Shown: positions 19,968-30,595 of the stretch, piece by piece | Position numbering within the stretch: position 1 is the first letter of the stretch | How the letters are laid out: every line of letters begins with the position of its first letter | Source: Alistipes sp. | GTDB lineage: Bacteria > Bacteroidota > Bacteroidia > Bacteroidales > Rikenellaceae | Reading direction: 5' to 3' | DNA length: 64,000 nt | Assembly: GCA_017505725.1 (NCBI GenBank) | Contig: JAFVOR010000102.1 | Location: 20,634-84,633 of the forward strand | The notes under the pieces: generated by a model | The model's input: the letters and a program-made list of their open reading frames with translations, nothing else | The model's database searches: none | What the model was told of the DNA's origin: nothing | Made by a program: the position numbers and the translations under genes

Positions 19968-21470
19968 TTATTTTTTAACAATTTCAACACTTATCGCACT
20001 GTCGATGTTTCGCAACTCGGTGGCAACAGCCTCTGCCACAGACTTGTTCTCGAATGTGCCAACCACAAATGTCGAGCCCACACGCGAAATGGCGCAGTCG
20101 CTATTCTGCGATAGTATACGCGACTTCATATCGTCGGTGAGCGACGCTACACCCGTAATCTCGAGCGAATATTTGCTCTCGGAGCGGCGCATATCGGCAA
20201 CCGTAGGGTAGTATGTACCATCGACCCACACCGAGATAAGCGGATCGCGGAATCCCGCCTTCTTCAGTTTGACAACTGCCTCCTGCGCCTCCTGCTCGGT
20301 GCGGAAGCCACCTACATAGTAGGTGTAGTAGCCGCTATGAGTGGTATCTGAATAGGAGAGAGGTGTAGCACCTCGGAAGGCCGACACCGCAGGTCGCTTC
20401 GAGAATATGCCGACTCTCACACGATAGACAACGCCATAGTCGTAGACCTTGGTCTTTGGCACAGGGTTTTTCGATGTGTAGATGGATGGTATCTTAATCT
20501 CAACATCTTCGTAGTTGATAAAGCTGCGACGCTGCAACGAGAGTTTCGAGAGGCGATAGTCGCGATTCTTGAGTGCCGACAACACCGCCTTCAACGAGTC
20601 GCGCGACGGAGTGAGCGACAGAGCCGCAGCCACACCCATCTCATACTCGGTGAGAGCCCTCTTGCGAACATAGTAACTCACCAACGCATCCGACTGATAG
20701 AGATCGCTATTGCTATTGATCTCACGCTCGGCACGTGCAGCAACCTCGGCCGAGAAGTCGAGCATTGCGGTCTTGCCATCACGCTCCATCAGCAGGTCGT
20801 ATGAGTATATCTTGTTGAAATATAGCGACGACCACATCGAGGCAATCTGAGCATCGAGCGAGGCAATCTCACCCTGCTTTGCCGCAAACTGCTGTGCAAA
20901 CACCTCCGCTTCTGCTTTGGTCGGAGCCTCCATATATTGGCGCTGCAGAGCCAACAACTCGCTATACTTATGGTGGAGAAGCTCCACACACTCTTTCACA
21001 GTCGACTCACGCTGCTGCGACGAACGCAAGGTCTTGAAATCGCTATCCGAAAGTCGCTCGACAAAGTAGTCGTTTGCAACCAAATCACGCTTCATACGAG
21101 CCTTGTCGGGAATGTAGGTAGCTCCCTTATCCTCGACAACAACTTGCGACTTTTGTGCCGTAGCACCACTCTTGCGGGTCTGCTCATACGCCTCGAGCGC
21201 ACTCTTGACATCGCGCTGCGAAACAGACTCCAAAATCTTGTCGTACTCTTGCTGCAGACGCACAACCTCCCGCTCCAACGATAGAATCGTAGGGGAGAGT
21301 TGCTCGCGCATTCCCTCATTACGAGCGTAGTTGGCACGATGCTCGGCAAGAACATCCTTCACCGAATCGCGCAAAAAGGCTGCACGCTCCAACTGCTTAT
21401 CGCTCTGGGCCTGCACACCAACCGCCGTAGCCAACGCCACAGCGCATATAATTGTTCGTTTCATCGCCAC
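19968..21470 (-). CDS. Secreted coiled-coil protein with SPOR-like domain
   Basis: Signal peptide, helical core, YRVRVGIF...YYVGGF...LKKAGFRD. Confidence 0.65.
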   Translation of the reverse strand: MAMKRTIICAVALATAVGVQAQSDKQLERAAFLRDSVKDVLAEHRANYARNEGMREQLSPTILSLEREVVRLQQEYDKILESVSQRDVKSALEAYEQTRKSGATAQKSQVVVEDKGATYIPDKARMKRDLVANDYFVERLSDSDFKTLRSSQQRESTVKECVELLHHKYSELLALQRQYMEAPTKAEAEVFAQQFAAKQGEIASLDAQIASMWSSLYFNKIYSYDLLMERDGKTAMLDFSAEVAARAEREINSNSDLYQSDALVSYYVRKRALTEYEMGVAAALSLTPSRDSLKAVLSALKNRDYRLSKLSLQRRSFINYEDVEIKIPSIYTSKNPVPKTKVYDYGVVYRVRVGIFSKRPAVSAFRGATPLSYSDTTHSGYYTYYVGGFRTEQEAQEAVVKLKKAGFRDPLISVWVDGTYYPTVADMRRSESKYSLEITGVASLTDDMKSRILSQNSDCAISRVGSTFVVGTFENKSVAEAVATELRNIDSAISVEIVKK

Positions 21471-22903
21471 CTGCTAATAAATAAGAACTGAATAAAACCA
21501 AATATCTCGAGACGACCCATCAACATAAGGAGCGTACCCTGTAGTTTCAACAATGATGGTATAGCGGCATAGTTGTCGAACGAGCCCACCTCCCCAAAGC
21601 CAGGGCCGACATTGCCGATAAATGCCACCGACGAAGAGAGCGCAGTGAGCAGATCCAAGCCCAGAAGCGTACTTGTCAGTGTACCAAAGAGGATGAGAAT
21701 GAAGTAGGTTGTAATGAACAATGTCACGGTGTTGACCTGTCTATCCTCCTGCAAAATACCGTCAAGACGGATGCGGATAACAGCATTAGGGTGTTGCTGA
21801 CCACGCAGACGAGCCACCAAGACTTTGAAATAGAGCAACACACGATCAACCTTTACACCTCCCGCAGTCGAGCCGGCACAACCGCAGATAATCGAGAGGA
21901 TTATCAAGATGACGATTGCAAACGGGGTCCAGAGATTGGTATTGGCAGTAGCAAAGCCCGATGTCGAGATGAGCGACACCACCTGAAAAACCGACTGACG
22001 CATCGAGGTGAGTGGCGAGGCGTAGATGCCCGAGAAGTAGAGATTTGCGCCGATAGCCAAAGTAGCCAACAAGATGATAGCAACGTAGACACGCACCACC
22101 TCGGAGCGGAAGATATTATTGGCCTTGCGGGTAAATGTCGAGTAGATAAGTCCGAAATGGAGACTCGAAAGGAACATCGCCACAATCAATATCCACTCAA
22201 TCAGCGGACTATCATAGAAACCGATACTTGCATTTTTCGTTGAAAATCCACCCGTAGCACACGCCGACATAGCGTGATTGAGCGCATCGAACCATCTCAT
22301 ACCCGAAACCTTCAATAGTAGCGTAGTTACGAGTGTCAGACCGATATATACGGCAAGCAGAATACGCACAACCATCTGCGTACGATAGCGATAGTTGTCT
22401 TTCGCAAGAGAAGAGAGTTCTATGCCCGACAACGCCATCTTATTTGTTCCGAGCGAAGGCAAAATCAGCAGTGCAAACATCACCACGCCAACTCCGCCAA
22501 TCCAACAAGTCGCCGAGCGCCAAAAGAGCAATCCCTGTGGCACAGCCTCGATATCGGTGAGAATCGAGGCTCCCGTAGTGGTAAATCCCGAGACACTCTC
22601 GAACCAAGCGTTAATAATGGTGAACTCTCCACCCCAAATAAGGTATGGGAACATACCCACAACGCAAGAGAGCACCCACGAGCCTGCTACAATAACAAAG
22701 CCCTCCTTAGTGGAGAAGGTGTCGGTCTTGGGCACAAAAATCATAGGAAAACATCCGAGCAGCAATGTCAGCAACGACGAGAGCAGCAACGGATAGAAAC
22801 CCGTATCGTGCGACACATAGGAGATGACGGCCGATGCAGCCATAAATGCCGCCAGCACCATCATTACCGTGCCGATATATCGCAATATAACACTAAATCG
22901 CAT
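21461..22903 (-). CDS. trkH: TrkH potassium uptake membrane protein
   Basis: FESVSGFTTTG, ATGGFS, GCAGSTAGG, GNVGPG, MGRLE. Confidence 0.95.
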   Translation of the reverse strand: MRFSVILRYIGTVMMVLAAFMAASAVISYVSHDTGFYPLLLSSLLTLLLGCFPMIFVPKTDTFSTKEGFVIVAGSWVLSCVVGMFPYLIWGGEFTIINAWFESVSGFTTTGASILTDIEAVPQGLLFWRSATCWIGGVGVVMFALLILPSLGTNKMALSGIELSSLAKDNYRYRTQMVVRILLAVYIGLTLVTTLLLKVSGMRWFDALNHAMSACATGGFSTKNASIGFYDSPLIEWILIVAMFLSSLHFGLIYSTFTRKANNIFRSEVVRVYVAIILLATLAIGANLYFSGIYASPLTSMRQSVFQVVSLISTSGFATANTNLWTPFAIVILIILSIICGCAGSTAGGVKVDRVLLYFKVLVARLRGQQHPNAVIRIRLDGILQEDRQVNTVTLFITTYFILILFGTLTSTLLGLDLLTALSSSVAFIGNVGPGFGEVGSFDNYAAIPSLLKLQGTLLMLMGRLEIFGFIQFLFISRWR

Positions 22904-23699
22904 TCTCCTCTTGTTTTTTCTGTGATCTCGTAATATTGACCAAATTCTCGAGATTGTCGTTCAACTCCTTGATCTCGTCGACCATATCGGCCTTTGGTTT
23001 GTATGGAATCTTGAATTGAATATAGTCGGACAATGCCTTGTTGATGCTCAAAATAGGCTTCACACCATAGATGTAGATGAAGAAGTAGAACATCAACACC
23101 ACCGCAACCATCACCGACAACGATATAAAGACCGGAATCACCGAGCGATGTGCATTCTTCGAAAGAAGAGCGGCTCGTGGTGCAAGCTGGTCGTGAAGAA
23201 GCTCGGTATAGCACTCAACCTGAGCCATATACTTGTCGTAGATAGGTGCATAGTTGCTCTTGTACCAGCTGTGAGCATTGCGCTCGGTCACCATTGTCAA
23301 TGTATCGCCACCTACCGCATCGTACGGAACATAGCTATCGGCCAAACGCTGCATATCGGCAATATGAGCCGCCAGAACATCAAGGCTCTGTAACATCTCC
23401 TCCGATGCCGACTTGCGAGCCGAAGCAATAATCTCCTCAACCTCGGCAGCCGACTGAGCACACTTTGCTTGAGCATCCGCATCCCCAAAGACCGAGATGT
23501 CAATCATAGCGTGACTATGCGTGTGCGCCAAGCGTGTCAGCTTTCGTGCAACCTCCATCTCTCGACCACCTGCAGTGATGACATCCTCGGCATCGTAGCT
23601 CAAATTGTTCAGCTCGACCAACGATATAACACCCGACACCAAGAGTACCGCTGCGATACTCAAGAAAGCTACCGTAATTCGTTTTCCTATTCCCTTCAT
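22893..23699 (-). CDS. Two-TM protein with periplasmic four-helix-bundle (MCP sensor-like) domain
   Basis: TM-helical domain-TM-HAMP-like tail; ATG at 23699. Confidence 0.6.
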   Translation of the reverse strand: MKGIGKRITVAFLSIAAVLLVSGVISLVELNNLSYDAEDVITAGGREMEVARKLTRLAHTHSHAMIDISVFGDADAQAKCAQSAAEVEEIIASARKSASEEMLQSLDVLAAHIADMQRLADSYVPYDAVGGDTLTMVTERNAHSWYKSNYAPIYDKYMAQVECYTELLHDQLAPRAALLSKNAHRSVIPVFISLSVMVAVVLMFYFFIYIYGVKPILSINKALSDYIQFKIPYKPKADMVDEIKELNDNLENLVNITRSQKKQEENAI

Positions 23700-23784
23700 A
23701 TATGTGGATAAAAAAATTATTATCTCTGTTTCAATTGGCAAAGATAATAATTTTAGGGATAAAAACTATGTTTTTAATAGAAAT

Positions 23785-25074
23785 TTAGAGCACCTCGCCC
23801 AAAATTTCCGCATTCGGCTCTATGGAGAGAAGTCGCACTCGGACAATCTGATTGATATATTGCTTGTCGTATGGCACTTTGATTTTCAGATAGTTACTCG
23901 TGAATCCGGTCATCATTCCGCCACGCATTGTACTCTCGAAAAGCACCTCTGCAGTAGTGCCAAGATATTGCTTGCAGAAGTCGTAGTGGCAACGATTACT
24001 CAGCTCCTCAAGGCGTTTTGCGCGTGCCATCGAAGCCTCGGGCGAGACCTTATCGGGAAAATTGACCGCCGGGGTATTCTCGCGCTCGGAGAATGGAAAG
24101 ATGTGGAGGAACGAAGGGTTTATCTTCGCAAGGAAGTTGTAGCACTCCTCAAACTCCGCCTCACCCTCGCCCGGAAAACCGGTGATCACATCTATGCCGA
24201 TAAAAGCATCGGGCATAGCCTTTCGCACCGCATTTATGCGCTCCTCGAACTTCTCGACAGTGTAGCGACGACGCATCAGACCAAGCACCTTGTTCGAGCC
24301 GCATTGAATAGGTATATGGAAGTGATGTTGAAATTTAGGTGACGAGGCACAAAACTCTATTATCTCGTCAGTTAGGAGATTGGGCTCTATCGACGAAATG
24401 CGATATCTTTCGATACCCTCAACGCCATCTAAGGCCCTCAACAAATCGAGAAAACTCTCGCCTGTTGTACGACCAAAATCGCCTGTATTTATACCCGTGA
24501 TCACTATCTCCTTCTGACCACCTCGAGCAATCTCCTCCGCCTGCTTTACCGCCTCGGCAATAGGGGTGTTTCGGCTCGCGCCACGAGCATTATGGATGGT
24601 ACAATAGGCACAACAGTAGTCGCAACCATCTTGCACCTTCAAAAAAGCGCGAGTGCGGTCGCCAGAAGAGAAGGCCGAGAAGAACGAAGTTATCTCGTCT
24701 GTTTCACACGAAAAGACCTTTGTTTTGCCTCGTTCGGTAAGTTTAAGCACTTCTTTATATAAATCGCCTTTATTATTGTTGCTCAACACTATATCCACGC
24801 CATCAATCTCGGCAATTTCGTAGGGTTTGAGCTGCGCATAACAACCCGTAACCGCAATGATTGTATCGGGGTTTCGGCGATGAATTTTGCGTATCAGATT
24901 GCGACATTTCTTATCCGCCTGCGCTGTCACCGAACAGGAGTTGATAATCGAAATATCAGCCTCCTCATTGGTGCCGACACGCACAAAACCACCCGCCTCG
25001 AACTGACGGGCAAGGGTAGAACTCTCCGAAAAGTTGAGTTTGCAACCAAGTGTATGGAAATTAACTCTTCTCAT
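23785..25074 (-). CDS. mtaB: tRNA t6A37 methylthiotransferase MtaB
   Basis: TLGCKLNFSES, NSCSVT, TGCYAQ, QDGCDYCCAYC, SSIEP, C-terminal TRAM domain. Confidence 0.95.
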   Translation of the reverse strand: MRRVNFHTLGCKLNFSESSTLARQFEAGGFVRVGTNEEADISIINSCSVTAQADKKCRNLIRKIHRRNPDTIIAVTGCYAQLKPYEIAEIDGVDIVLSNNNKGDLYKEVLKLTERGKTKVFSCETDEITSFFSAFSSGDRTRAFLKVQDGCDYCCAYCTIHNARGASRNTPIAEAVKQAEEIARGGQKEIVITGINTGDFGRTTGESFLDLLRALDGVEGIERYRISSIEPNLLTDEIIEFCASSPKFQHHFHIPIQCGSNKVLGLMRRRYTVEKFEERINAVRKAMPDAFIGIDVITGFPGEGEAEFEECYNFLAKINPSFLHIFPFSERENTPAVNFPDKVSPEASMARAKRLEELSNRCHYDFCKQYLGTTAEVLFESTMRGGMMTGFTSNYLKIKVPYDKQYINQIVRVRLLSIEPNAEILGEVL

Positions 25075-25093
25075 ATCAGGGGCAAAGATAGAG

Positions 25094-25217
25094 AAAATTC
25101 AAAATGCAAAATTCAAAATGCAAAATTATTTTTGGGAAATTTTGTAAAATTTTTGTACTACTAAATTCATTAAACTCCCTATTCTCATTAAAATCCCTAT
25201 TCTCATTAAAATCCTTA
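25094..25217. repeat. Short tandem repeats (7-mer and 9/18-mer)
   Basis: AAATTCA/AAATGCA run at 25094-25126; CATTAAAATCCCTATTCT-type units at ~25168-25217. Confidence 0.7.
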
Positions 25218-25226
25218 CATTTCTCC

Positions 25227-25606
25227 TGCCGGGTATCGTTTTCGATACCTATGAGGGTAGAGGAAGGCAAGGCGTTGATACAAGACTTTTTCTCCCTCGT
25301 GCGCCGGGTATCGTTTCGATACCCAAAGTGAGAGGGGAGCAGATTTCGAGTGCCGGGTATCATTTTCGATACCCAAGAGTGAGAGGGGAGCAACTTTCGA
25401 GTACTGGGTATCGTTTTCGATACCTAAGAAGGCGGAGGGGCGTTCCTTTGTTGCGATTGGCGTGCCCCCATGTATGCCGGGTATCGTTTTCGATACCCAA
25501 GAGTGAGAGGGAAGCTATTCCCTGGCATCTGGTACGCTATTTTGTACCCACGATGGAGCAGGGGAGCAACTTTCGAGTGCCGGGTATCGTTTTCGATACC
25601 CAAGAG
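25227..25606 (+). repeat. Cluster of 7 palindromic ~29-bp repeats (REP/BIME-like)
   Basis: TGCCGGGTATCG-TTTT-CGATACCCAAGAG at 25227, 25302, 25351, 25402, 25475, ~25526 (degenerate) and 25578. Confidence 0.88.
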
Positions 25607-25676
25607 GAGATGGTGAGATATGATGGGGATTATAGGCTAAATAGTATAAAACGAAAAAAGTTTTCCGCTTTCCGTT

Positions 25677-26046
25677 TTAATCCTGCTCCGCAGGCTTTTC
25701 ACCGCTCCGCCTCGGCATAGTGAACAAGCTCACTCTGCCCTCGGCTTGTCGTCGGTTAATCTTGCTTCGCAAGCTTTTCACCGCTCCGCCTCGGCATAGT
25801 GAACAAGCTCACTCTGCCCTCGGCTCAATCGCGGCGTTCCATTTTCCACTCCAAGCGAAAATCGAAAAACAAAAAAGTTTTCCGTTTTCCGCTTTAATCC
25901 TGCTCCGCAGGCTTTTCCTCCTTCGCGCCTCGGCATAGAATGCAAGCATTCTCTGCTCTCGGCTTGTCGTCGGTTCCGTTTTCCACTCCAAGCGAAAATC
26001 GAAAAACAAAAAAGTTTTCCGTTTTCCGCTTTCCGTTTTCCGTTTT
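25677..26046 (+). repeat. Three ~80-bp structured repeats with TTTTCCG heptamer linkers
   Basis: TTAATCCTGCTCCGCAGG...CCTCGGCATAG...CTCGGCT at 25677, 25756 and 25894; linker TTTTCCACTCCAAGCGAAAATCG... is duplicated. Confidence 0.88.
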
Positions 26047-26078
26047 TTATTATATTTGCGCATACATTTAGGGACAAA

Positions 26079-26929
26079 ATGGATTTTCTGACTGATATAC
26101 TTCAATATAGCTACCTGTCGAATGCGTTGATTGCGTGTGTACTATCTGGCATAACTTGCGGAATTATAGGCACATACATCGTGGCACGCAGGATGTATTC
26201 CTCTGCGGAGGCATTACTCACGCCTCATTTGGAGGTATGGGCATAGCTTTCTACTACGGAGCAGATCCCATCCTCGGAGCAACCGTATTCGCCATCGCTT
26301 CGGCTCTCGGCATCGAGTGGAGCAACTCGCGTTCGAAGATTCGCCCCGACTCGGCAATAGGAATGGTGTGGAGCATAGGTATGGCGATTGGTGCATTTTT
26401 CATCGCATTGCGCCCCGGCTACACCTCGGGCGATATGGCAAACTTCCTCTTCGGAAGCATCCTGACCGTCACCAAAGGCGACATCATCGCTCTCACGGTA
26501 CTCTCTATCGTGCTGATTCTTGGCACTTTGCTATGGCATCGTCCGATAATGTTCACCGCCTTCGACCACAACTTTGCCAAGGCATCGGGCATACCCGTCA
26601 AGCTCATAAACTACACAATGGCATTCATCACCGCCACAACCATCGTACTCTCCATACGCACGATGGGAATTGTGTTGCTTATCTCGTTGCTCACTATGCC
26701 TGTCGTCACTGCAAATATCGTCTACAAAGAGTACAAGAGGATTGCGCCCCTTGCCATCGTCATCGCTGTGGTGGGTGGCGTTGCAGGCATCGCACTGAGC
26801 TATTATGCCGAAGTTCCATCAGGCCCAGCCATAATATTTACGCTCACATTAGCGTTTTTAACAATAAAATTGTTATCTTTGTCTGTTAAACATTCGAAAC
26901 TGCGTAGAGAAAGAGTAGTCAAGTTATAA
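26079..26929 (+). pseudogene. znuB: Metal (Zn/Mn) ABC transporter permease ZnuB with a 1-nt frameshift at ~26195 (or sequencing error)
   Basis: ATG 26079 gives MDFLTDILQY...GTYIVARRM, then VFLCGGITHASFGG continues in another frame; AGGATGTATTC lacks one G of ATG GTA. Confidence 0.8.
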
Positions 26930-28419
26930 TGAAAAAGATATACCAACTCATACTTAAGTCCTACCTCGGTCCGCTTGTGCTGACCTTCTTTATTATCATC
27001 TTCATCCTGATGATGAACTTCGTGTGGCGCTATATCGACGAATTGGTCGGCAAGGGACTCGACCCGATGGTCATCCTCGAACTTATCGTCTACGCCACCA
27101 TCAATATGATTCCGATGGGATTGCCTTTGGCAATCTTGTTGGCGACGATTATGTCGATGGGAAATCTGGGCGAGAACTATGAGTTGCTGGCGATGAAGTC
27201 GGCCGGAATGTCGCTATTCCGCATTATGAAGCCTCTGATATGGGTTATCGGCATCATCTCGATAGGATCGTTCTTCGTTGTAAATAACCTGGTACCATAC
27301 GCCAACAAGAAGATGTTCGCCACACTCTACGACATCAAGCAGCAGAACGAGGCACTCGAGTTCCAAGACGGACTGTTTTTCAATGGTATCGACAATATGT
27401 CGATTCGTGTCGAGAAGCAGAATCCCGAGACCAACCTCTTGACAGGCATCCTCATCTACGACAACCGCTCGAACAGTGGCGATATGACCACCACAATAGC
27501 CGACTCGGGCTACATCCGACTCTCGCCCGACAAGCGTTATTTGTTGGTAACCCTCTATAACGGAGAGACATACGAGCAGTCACGAAACTATCAGTGGTAC
27601 ACCAAAAGTTCACTGCGCCACCACAAGTTCACACGCCAGGAGGGCAAGATTCCGATGACAGGATTCGACTTTCAGCGTAGTGACGAGAATATGTTCGGCG
27701 GCAACAACAGCCAGACGCTCGACATCGTAGATCTGCAACACAACATCGACTCACTCGACCTGCTCGTGCAGAATCTAACCACAACCGCCTACGGACCACT
27801 CCTTCGCGACCAGATTTTCGCTCGTGACCCCGACGGTGTAATGCCGATAGATTCGATCGAAACAGATCGTTCGCGCAAGGTGCATCACGCCCTTCTGCTC
27901 GACTCCATTGCGACACTCGACACCCGCTCCCGAGCTAGGGTCTACCAGCAGGCACTACGCAGTGCACGAAGTTCGCGAAACTCATTCTCGTTCGACGAAT
28001 CGACATCGAAAGAGGCTCTGAATCAGCTCTATCGCAACAAAAACGAGTGGCACCGCAAACTAACCCTGCCGATATCGATTCTTATATTCTTCCTCATCGG
28101 CGCACCACTCGGAGCCATCATCCGCCGAGGTGGTTTGGGTATGCCAATCGTAATCTCGGTGATATTCTTTGTCATCTACTATATCATCTCTATCTCGGGC
28201 GAGAAGTTCGCCAAGGAGGGCACGTGGAGTTCGCTGCTTGGAATGTGGATTTCGGCAATTCTGCTTACCCCATTGGCTATTTATCTCACACGCACAGCGA
28301 ACAATGACTCGCCATTGCTCGATATGGATTGGTACATCGGTCGATTCAAACACTACAGAGACCTCGTTTGGGGTAAGATGCCGAAGAGAATCGACAATTG
28401 GAGACATAAACAACACTAA
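26929..28419 (+). CDS. LptF/LptG family permease
   Basis: YIDELVGKGL, GNLGENYELLAMKSAG, EWHRK, GAPLGAIIRRGG. Confidence 0.92.
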   Translation: MKKIYQLILKSYLGPLVLTFFIIIFILMMNFVWRYIDELVGKGLDPMVILELIVYATINMIPMGLPLAILLATIMSMGNLGENYELLAMKSAGMSLFRIMKPLIWVIGIISIGSFFVVNNLVPYANKKMFATLYDIKQQNEALEFQDGLFFNGIDNMSIRVEKQNPETNLLTGILIYDNRSNSGDMTTTIADSGYIRLSPDKRYLLVTLYNGETYEQSRNYQWYTKSSLRHHKFTRQEGKIPMTGFDFQRSDENMFGGNNSQTLDIVDLQHNIDSLDLLVQNLTTTAYGPLLRDQIFARDPDGVMPIDSIETDRSRKVHHALLLDSIATLDTRSRARVYQQALRSARSSRNSFSFDESTSKEALNQLYRNKNEWHRKLTLPISILIFFLIGAPLGAIIRRGGLGMPIVISVIFFVIYYIISISGEKFAKEGTWSSLLGMWISAILLTPLAIYLTRTANNDSPLLDMDWYIGRFKHYRDLVWGKMPKRIDNWRHKQH

Positions 28420-28426
28420 TGAAGAT

Positions 28427-29395
28427 ATGAACGCTAAAGATCTACGAATAGTATTTATGGGAACGCCCGAGTTTGCGGTGCCATCGTTGAAGGCACTTGT
28501 CGAGGGTGGATACAATGTCGTAGGCGTAGTCACTATGCCCGACAAGCCTGCAGGACGCGGTATGCGTCTGCAGGAGAGCGACGTTAAACGCGCAGCCAAA
28601 GAGCTTGGCATCGAGACCATTCTTCAGCCCGAGAAGTTGCGCGACGAGACCTTCGTAGAGGCTCTGCGTGCCTTGCAGCCCGATCTGGGCATAGTCATAG
28701 CATTCCGTATGCTGCCCGAGGTGGTTTGGGCGATGCCTCGCTTCGGTACATTCAACCTCCACGCATCGTTGCTGCCTGAGTATCGTGGTGCAGCACCTAT
28801 CAACTGGGCTATCATCAATGGCGACAAGGAGAGTGGAAACACTACCTTCCTGCTCAACCACGAGATTGACAAGGGTGCTATCATCGGTCAGCAGCGCACA
28901 CCAATCGGAGAGGAGGAGTGCGTAGGCGAGTTGTACGACCGCTTGATGACAATGGGTGTCGACTTGGTGTTGGAGAGCGTCGAGAAGATTGCAAGCGGTG
29001 AGATTTCGCCTGTAGAGCAGCCGCAAGACGATGCCGAGTTCCGCCCTGCACCAAAGATTTTCAAGGATATGTGCGAGGTCGATTGGAACACAAATGGCAC
29101 GCAGATTGTCAATTTTGTGCGCGGTTTGTCGCCTTATCCCGCAGCGTGGAGCATTCTCAAGCGTGGCGAGGAGGAGCTCTCGGTCAAGATCTACAAGGCT
29201 CGCTTCGAGGAGAAGGCTCACTCGGAAGAGCCTGGTACAATCGTGACCGACAACAAGACCTACATCAAGGTGGCGTGCAAGGATGGCTTGGTAGCCATCG
29301 AGGAGTTGCAGGTGGCGGGCAAGAAGCGTATGGCAGTACGAGATCTGTTGCTCGGCTACCAAATGCAGAATGCAAAATTCAGAATGAAGAGTTAA
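28427..29395 (+). CDS. fmt: Methionyl-tRNA formyltransferase
   Basis: FMGTPEFAV, NLHASLLPEYRGAAP, RGLSPYP; start at ATG 28427. Confidence 0.96.
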   Translation: MNAKDLRIVFMGTPEFAVPSLKALVEGGYNVVGVVTMPDKPAGRGMRLQESDVKRAAKELGIETILQPEKLRDETFVEALRALQPDLGIVIAFRMLPEVVWAMPRFGTFNLHASLLPEYRGAAPINWAIINGDKESGNTTFLLNHEIDKGAIIGQQRTPIGEEECVGELYDRLMTMGVDLVLESVEKIASGEISPVEQPQDDAEFRPAPKIFKDMCEVDWNTNGTQIVNFVRGLSPYPAAWSILKRGEEELSVKIYKARFEEKAHSEEPGTIVTDNKTYIKVACKDGLVAIEELQVAGKKRMAVRDLLLGYQMQNAKFRMKS

Positions 29396-29437
29396 TAGAC
29401 ACAAAAACATACAACAAAACTATAAACAGTTAAAGCT

Positions 29438-30511
29438 ATGAAAAAGCACAATTTCAGCGCAGGTCCTTCGGTATTACCCGAAGTAGCTCTCGAGAACGCA
29501 GCAAAGGCTATCTTTGATTTTGCAGGAACAGGTCTTTCGGTACTTTCGTACTCGCACCGCACCAAGGAGTTCGAGGCGGTATTGGCAGAGGCTAAGGCGT
29601 TGTTCCGTGAGTTGTTGAACATTCCGGAGAACTACCACATCTACTTTGTAGGCGGTGGTGCAAGCACACAGTTCTTCCACATCCCTGCAAACTTCCTCGG
29701 CAAGAAGGCTGGTTATGTAAACACAGGTGTGTGGACCAAGAAGGCTATCAAGGAGGCTAAATACTATGGCGAGGTAGAGGTTGTTGCATCGAGCGAGGAT
29801 AAGAACTTCTCCTACATTCCTAAGGGATTCGAGATTCCTGCCGATCTGGACTACCTCTACATCTGCACCAACAATACCATCTATGGCACTGAGTACAAGG
29901 TGGATATCGACTGCCCTGTACCTTTGTTTGCCGATATGTCATCGGATATCTTGAGTCGCCCAGTCGATGTTTCGAAGTACGCTCTCATCTATGGTGGCGC
30001 ACAGAAGAACCTTGCCCCTGCAGGCGTTTCGTTCGTGATTGTCCGTGACGATATGCTCTCGAAGGTGGTGCGTCCGTTGCCAACAATGATGAATGTAAAC
30101 ACTCACGTCGAGAACGACTCGATGTTCAACACTCCGCCTGTATTCCCAATCTTCGTTTTGAACGAGACATTGAAGTGGCTCAAGTCGATCGGTGGCGTTG
30201 ACGAGATGTATCGTCGCAATGTCGAGAAGGCAGAGATTCTCTACAACGAGATTGAGCGCAACTCACTCTTCCGCCCAACAGTGGAGAAGGAGGACCGTTC
30301 GTTGATGAACATCTGCTTTGTGATGACCGAGGGCAACGAGGAGTTAGCTCCGGAGTTCTTGGAGTTTGCCAAGGAGCGCGGTATGGTAGGTATCAAGGGA
30401 CACCGCCTTGTGGGTGGTTTCCGTGCATCGTGCTACAACGCGTGTCCAAAGGAGTCGGTAGAGGCTCTTGTGGCTTGTATGCAGGAGTTTGAGGCTCTCA
30501 AGAGAAAATAG
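29438..30511 (+). CDS. serC: Phosphoserine aminotransferase
   Basis: NFSAGP, SHR, NNTIYG, DMSS, GAQKN, NTPP, GHR. Confidence 0.97.
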   Translation: MKKHNFSAGPSVLPEVALENAAKAIFDFAGTGLSVLSYSHRTKEFEAVLAEAKALFRELLNIPENYHIYFVGGGASTQFFHIPANFLGKKAGYVNTGVWTKKAIKEAKYYGEVEVVASSEDKNFSYIPKGFEIPADLDYLYICTNNTIYGTEYKVDIDCPVPLFADMSSDILSRPVDVSKYALIYGGAQKNLAPAGVSFVIVRDDMLSKVVRPLPTMMNVNTHVENDSMFNTPPVFPIFVLNETLKWLKSIGGVDEMYRRNVEKAEILYNEIERNSLFRPTVEKEDRSLMNICFVMTEGNEELAPEFLEFAKERGMVGIKGHRLVGGFRASCYNACPKESVEALVACMQEFEALKRK

Positions 30512-30595
30512 TAGACCACTATGGCAACCATCGTTCCATACACCTTCGAGAAGAGGGAGGAGAAGGTCTTACACTTTACATCATTAGTTAAAGGT

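Noticed and set aside
25227-25606. Canonical CRISPR array
   Set aside because: Spacers fall into two length classes and the short ones are near-identical; no cas genes or CRISPR-type repeat ends. Kept as a REP-like cluster.
28169-28426. N-terminal extension of fmt (also serA 30521 and the 23741 start)
   Set aside because: The fmt extension overlaps lptF and the others run into intergenic/leader sequence; family homology starts at the downstream ATG.
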